Positions 57,831-64,000 of a stretch of DNA of 64,000 nt are shown in pieces. The DNA is from Chrysomallon squamiferum (lineage: Eukaryota; Animalia; Mollusca), in assembly GCA_012295275.1 (NCBI GenBank), contig CM022675.1, positions 13,516,001 through 13,580,000 on the forward strand, given 5' to 3'. How positions within the stretch are numbered: position 1 is the first letter of the stretch; every line of letters begins with the position of its first letter. Both the position numbers and the translations under genes were made by a program. The notes below the pieces were generated by a model. It was not told the origin of the DNA. It made no database searches and saw nothing but the letters and a program-made list of their open reading frames with translations.

Positions 57831-57870
<40 letters not shown>

Positions 57871-57949
57871 ATTGCTAATATTACAAAAAAATACAACTAA
57901 TGCATATACTAAGGCACTACTGCAGTAAATACACAATCAATAGCAGAAT

Positions 57950-58282
57950 CAATAGTAGTAGCACTAGTAAAAATTGTAGTAGTAGTAGTAGAAATAGTGA
58001 TAGCGGCAGTAGTAGCAACAGAGTAGTAGTAGTAGTAGTAGCAGTGGCAGCTGCAGTTGTAGTAGTAATAGCAGTAGTAGTAGCAGCAGCAGTAGAAGTG
58101 GCAGTAGTAGTAGCAGTAGTAATAATAATAATAGTGGTACCAGTAGTAGTAGACGTAACAGCAGAAGTAATCGTAATGTTAGTAGTAGTTGTAATGGAAA
58201 TAGTAGTAGTAGTTGCAGTTTCTGATGTTGTTGTTGTTGCTGCTGCTGAGTCTATGTTGCAAGTAGTAGTAGTAGTAGTAGA
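57950..58282. repeat. Degenerate (TAG)/(CAG) block
   Basis: Visible. Confidence 0.92.
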
Positions 58283-58319
58283 ATGCCTTCTGAATGAACA
58301 CTGACAATATACCCTATTG

Positions 58320-58476
58320 TGACTCAGTTTCCCGGTATTAATGCTGATGACGTAATCATTACGTCACACTCACCCGCCTTCATTTGTTTTTGCACTATTC
58401 AGGACTGCGTTATCTACACTTCATAGCAGAAATCCATTAAGCGAATCCCAGACGAGCTGTCCAAGTTACGTAACTT
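58320..58476. promoter_or_regulatory. bZIP-site cluster with perfect inverted repeats
   Basis: TGACTCA 58320-58326; TGACGTAAT-C-ATTACGTCA 58348-58366; AAGTTACGTAACTT 58463-58476. Confidence 0.35.
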
Positions 58477-58758
58477 TAATTGACTTGCAAAAAGTCGAAA
58501 ATAACCGAATAATCGACTGGCTATGGGGAAATGGTTCTCTTTCACCTATTTTTTTTATTATTATTACTTTTTTTCCCCCACCGACTAATGGCAATTTTAC
58601 ATGATGTGTAATATCAATGGTGTATTTCAGACATGAGTGCGCATGACAAGCGGGAGAAAGAAATTAGACTGCAGATGAGAAAAGTTTAGTGAAAGCGCAG
58701 ACGCGAGCTTGCATTACCGGATCTTAATGTTATTATAATGGTTGCCAGTTTTCGATAT

Positions 58759-58805
<47 letters not shown>

Positions 58806-59007
58806 AGGCTCGTATTTTTCTATTTCCTGATCTATCTTTTTTCGATTATTTTTTTTTTTTTTTTCAGTCTTCTTAAAGTTGGTGCAAGACATAATATAAA
58901 CACGACTAAAAATAAAAAAATTAAAGATAATGAGCTCCTTCTTCTCCTCCTTATCATTATTATTGTTGTTTTTTGTTATTATTCTTATTATTAGTATTAT
59001 TATTATT

Positions 59008-59064
<57 letters not shown>

Positions 59065-59364
59065 AACTTTTTAAGTCAAAAAAAAAAAAAAAAAAAAAAA
59101 GGAAAATAAAAATCTTTTCCTACGTCTGGATATTGGCAGAAGAGAGAAATAATCCAGACGACAGTGATTTCAGTGAAGTTTACATATCACCAGCTAAAAC
59201 AGTAATTAAACAAACCTTTCACGTACTTCCATTAGCACGCTGAAACCCAAACCTTAGGTTATTATTCCGAGTTATTTCCCTTGTGGTAAGTCTTAGTCGT
59301 CCGAAGTCAATAAAGAGAACTCACGAATGTATCGCGTTACTAAGGACAGTTGACGTCACTGTTG

Positions 59365-59397
<33 letters not shown>

Positions 59398-59486
59398 GAG
59401 CTTCTTAAAAAGATCATATCGCCAATAATGATGTTGATAATAACGTGCATTTATTTATTTATTTATTTGATTATTTATTTATGTTT

Positions 59487-59521
<35 letters not shown>

Positions 59522-59526
59522 TTGAT

Positions 59527-59561
<35 letters not shown>

Positions 59562-59644
59562 GTTAGTTAGTTAGTTAGTTAGTTATGCTTTGCTTTACGT
59601 TTTCATCGTCCGTCATCATTATTATTAATAGCAGTATATCAAAT

Positions 59645-59796
59645 AGCAATTGTAGTAGTAGCAGTGGTAGTAGTAGTAGTAGTAGTAACAACAGCAGTAG
59701 TATGGTGATAGAAGTAGTAATAGCAGCAGTAATTAATTATAACAGTAGTGTAGCAGTAGTAAAGGAAATAGTAATAGCAATAGTAGCAGACGTATT

Positions 59797-59827
<31 letters not shown>

Positions 59828-59847
59828 TAGTAGTAGTAGTAGTAGTA

Positions 59848-59881
<34 letters not shown>

Positions 59882-59882
59882 C

Positions 59883-59915
<33 letters not shown>

Positions 59916-59928
59916 GGTGGTAATAGTG

Positions 59929-59968
<40 letters not shown>

Positions 59969-59990
59969 CAGTAGTAGTAGTAGTAGTAGC

Positions 59991-60033
<43 letters not shown>

Positions 60034-60040
60034 ACAACAA
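59645..60040. repeat. (TAG)n microsatellite, near-pure at 59797-60033
   Basis: Visible. Confidence 0.97.
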
Positions 60041-60449
60041 TTACAAGAACACACCAAAAAGCAGAGAAACGTTTTAAATAAAAAAAAAAAAAATTAAAAT
60101 TTCCGTCTATGTCGAAACGCAATACGATGCCACGTTCAAATGCTTGCATAATTCATAATTTACAGCGCTGTTCGACTGAATATTTCTGTGCCGCGAAGAT
60201 ATAGAAAAAGATAAAATTGCTCTACAGCAATCTCCAGAGATTGAAACATGACTTTTTCTCTACGCAGTAAGCCGCTCGCACGTTGTGACATTTCCGTGAA
60301 AAGCAGTCGCTGCAGAACTCTCTACTTATCGTGTATCTGCTTTCCGGCTTTTCGAATAAGTTCCATGTTTATGCATGACGCTGATAACGAGGAGTTTCGT
60401 TACAAACAGACGCGTGGTAGGAACGGACGCCTCTGTAGAGCCGGGCTGT

Positions 60450-60660
60450 GTCGAACATCGATAAAACCGAACATCGCTGTATCGAGCATTGCTACGTCGA
60501 GCATCGGTATGTCGAACATCGCTACATCGAACATCGAATAATATCGCTGTTCGCTATATTGAACATCGATACATCGAACATTATATATCGAACATCGAAT
60601 AATATCGCGGTTCGTTATATTGGACATCGATACATCGAACATCATACATCGAATATTGCT
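60450..60660. repeat. CpG-dense degenerate ~15-bp repeat (TCGAACATCGMTAYA) with a 61-bp duplication
   Basis: atcgaacatcg recurs; atcgaacatcgaataatatcgc...catcgatacatcgaacat at 60526 and 60587. Confidence 0.88.
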
Positions 60661-61298
60661 ATACTGATCATCGTGATATCAATCATCACTATATTTTCAA
60701 ATATTTCACATTTTGTGCATGACGTTGAACAAGAAATAATTTTATTACAAAGTGACAACTGTAGAACAGAACTTTGTGGAACATCGCTCTATGGAACTCT
60801 GTTATGTCACCTAGCACTGAGTTTTTGTGTTTTAAAATATTTCACAAATGCTAAAGAAGTATTTTCCTATTTTAAAAAAAAAAATTAAAAAAATAACACT
60901 TGGCGATCGTGCAAATATCTCTCGAAGAAAGCTATTCTTAAAACTGTTATTTCGGATACCATTTTTTCTTGAGCTCTGTTATGGTGAAAACTACTGTGAA
61001 CATTTCTTGCTATTTAAAACCTCGCTAAACAGTTTTGTACTGAAGGCCGCCATTTTAAACTTTTCTATGTCGAATAATCCTGGTAGCAGTTTCTTCACTT
61101 TCGTTGGTAAATGTAATTATAAGTTATAAATCACTAATTTTTTTAATGTCACTTTTTTTGTTTTGCTTTTGTTTGTGTTTTGATTAGTTTTGCTTTGGTT
61201 TGTTTTATTGTTTGTTCGTTTTTGTTTTTCTTTTATGTTTTTTTTTTCTTTCCTTTTACTCTTCTATTTTTTAAAATATTTAATTTAGTAAGTTTTTA

Positions 61299-61361
<63 letters not shown>

Positions 61362-61599
61362 GTTGGTTGTGTTGTTACTGTAATAGTACTAGTTGTAATA
61401 ATGTATTCTTTTTAATATATTTATATATCACTATCGTCATTATCGTCGCCATCATAATGATCATTTTAATCATCATCATTATCATAAACAAATAAATATT
61501 AATATTACGTTCATTACAAAAAACTTTTACATGATTGTTATCGTCATCATCATTATACCTTTTAACGTTGTTGATGTGTTTTATGTTCGTTACAGAGTC

Positions 61600-62195
61600 G
61601 TCTTCGTCATCATCATTATTATTCTCATAATAATCATCATCACTGTTATCATAATCATCATCATCATCATCATCATCATTATCATTGGTATAATCATCAT
61701 CATCATTGTTATAATGATTATCATCATCACTGTTATCATAATCACTATCATCATCATTATTATCATTGGTATAATCGTCATCATCATTGTTATAATGATT
61801 ATCATCATCATCACTATCATCATTATTATTATCATTGTTAGAGTCATCATCATCACTGTTATAATGATTATCATCAGTCATCATAATCACTATCATCATT
61901 ATCATGATCATTATCATTGGAATAATCATCATCATCATTGTTATAATGATTATCATCATCACTGTCATCATAATCACTATCATCATTATCATTGGGATAA
62001 TCATCATCATCATTGTTATAATGTCATTATAATTATCATCATCACATTGTTATATTCATCATCATCATCATTGTTATAATGATTATCATCATCACTGTTA
62101 TCATAATCACTATCATCATCATTATTATCATTATTATAATCATCATCATCATTGTTATAATGATTATCATCATCACTGTCATCATAATCACAATC
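61600..62195. repeat. ~81-bp minisatellite built from (ATC)/(ATT) triplets, about 7 copies
   Basis: Landmark tgttataatgattatcatca recurs near 61705, 61786, 61856, 61936, 62070 and 62151. Confidence 0.85.
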
Positions 62196-62635
62196 ATCTG
62201 CACTTTATATCGCGAGAGAATCCACATTAATAAAATTTAATTGAAACGAGTAACCCCCCACCCCACCCGTGTTACACCCGTGTTAAATCAGTGAAATATC
62301 AGTGTTTGTACAAAACAGCGACAGTTGACACGGAAGAGCAGAAAATAAAAATAATAATAAAAACAGATCAGCGACTTCACGTCGGGACGAGGTTTGTCAC
62401 TTCACTGACGTCTGGTAATGAGAGTCTCGATTCCCAGTTCACTCGAGTTTACTCAGCAAAGTGTTTTTATTTTGCTCACTGACACACAGACGGACGCGGC
62501 TGTCACGTGAGGAATAAAGTGAAATAAACATTTTAATTAACAGACGAGACAGAACGAGTTTGACACGCGCGTGTCAACTGTCTGGCGGCTTTTTAATGTT
62601 ATTTTGTGTTACGTTGTTAATTTGTGTTTTGTTTT

Positions 62636-62706
62636 GTTATTCTATGCTATGCTATGCTTTGCTATGCTATGCTATGTTATGTTATGCTATGCTATTTTAT
62701 GTTATT
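62636..62706. repeat. Pentanucleotide (CTATG/TTATG)n repeat
   Basis: Visible. Confidence 0.9.
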
Positions 62707-63039
62707 TATTCTTTTCTAAATATAAATATATATATTTAGGATTTTAATGGATTAATGCTAAAATATAATTTAAAATTGAAAAACCAACGTTCGTTGAAAA
62801 ACCATTGAGAGCAAACTCAGGAATGGGAAATAAATGAAAAAGGGGCCCTCGAAAATATTGATTGTGTTACTTACTCGCCCGTTTCTAACGCTCTAACCCC
62901 TGAACCATATTACGTCTTGCGTATGTGACTACGTCACTTAGAGTCAATCGCTGCTGTTATACCCAAAGACATTGCTCTCCATCCGACAGCCGTCAATAAA
63001 CAAAAGACAATATCAATGACTATTGATCCAGGACCGTAA

Positions 63040-63320
63040 TAAATGTTACCAACGGCGCCGTAATGCCGTGCTCGCTGAACGGAACACGACGTCGTCGTTA
63101 CGACTGAAAGAATAAAAAAATGGAATTACCATTACTACGCCGATCACGTCCGCTGTCCGTGTCGTGTTAACAGCGACGTCGACTCGTAAAACTCGCCAAC
63201 CGTCGCCTTGTCTTCTGTTTCACTTCGTCAGATGACGTCACGGGTCACGTGACTGAAAACACGCCGGCCGTTTAGATAATGTGACGTTCGTGCTGGAAGC
63301 ATTACGTAATGACATTCCTG
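63040..63320. promoter_or_regulatory. CpG-rich island with abutting CRE and E-box palindromes
   Basis: TGACGTCA 63233-63240, GTCACGTGAC 63244-63253, CATTACGTAATG 63300-63311, plus several GACGTC. Confidence 0.35.
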
Positions 63321-63404
63321 AAATAATAATTTTTATTTATCAAATTACGTTTAACTGTTATTGATACATAGATTTAAAATATATCTTCTCGTGTTGTTTC
63401 TGTT

Positions 63405-63992
63405 ACTAGTGCTGTTTTACTACTTTCAGACTACCACTACTGTTTACTACTACTGCAACTGCTACTACTACTACTACTACTATTACAACTACTGCTAATT
63501 TGATTACTAGTTACAATGAGCACCACTTTTATTATTACTACATTTAGTACAATTATTAATGCTAATATCTCCTATTATTACCATTACGATTACTACTGTT
63601 ATTACTATAAATACAATTATTATTATTATAGCTCCTAGTATTACTGCTGCTGCAACTACAACAACAACAGCTACAAATACTACTACTACTACATATACTC
63701 TATAATTACTGCTCCTGCTACCCCTAATATTATTACTACAGCTACTGGAACATGTACCACCTTCACTACTACTGCTGCTACTATCACTACTACATCCACA
63801 ATAACTACAACAGCCTCTCCTACGACAATTATTATTTTTTTTATTATTATCATCATCATCATCATTATTATTATTATGATTATTATTATTATTATTGTTA
63901 TTATACTACAACTTCTACTACTTACATTACTGATACTACTGCTACTATATTACTACTACGACTACTACTACTACTACTACTACTACTACTGT
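63405..63992. repeat. Degenerate (CTA)/(TTA)/(CAA) block
   Basis: Visible. Confidence 0.92.
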
Positions 63993-64000
63993 ATTGTTTC

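Overview
Eukaryotic, AT-rich, very microsatellite-rich genomic DNA. It is probably an invertebrate animal such as a mollusc or decapod crustacean, but the taxon cannot be fixed from this window. I see no recognisable protein-coding gene, transposase/RT ORF, rRNA, intact tRNA or CRISPR array. Nearly all ORFs in the supplied track are translations of simple repeats (poly-L/I/Y/N, LSLS, RERE). The window alternates roughly every 1-1.5 kb between compound SSR blocks and short (about 250-700 bp) unique islands that are not CpG-depleted. These islands carry many ACGT-core palindromes (at least 11 perfect TGACGTCA and 8 TCACGTGA by hand count), several tandem AGGTCA direct repeats, and two promoter-like islands at about 17.3 kb (minus) and 19.6 kb (plus). 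There are also several minisatellites (10, 15, 16, 26, ~36 and ~81 bp units, some with higher-order structure), a few weak candidate exons and a decayed tRNA-like remnant. The best overall reading is a large intron or gene desert, possibly a dense cis-regulatory landscape. I could not substantiate a new coding system.
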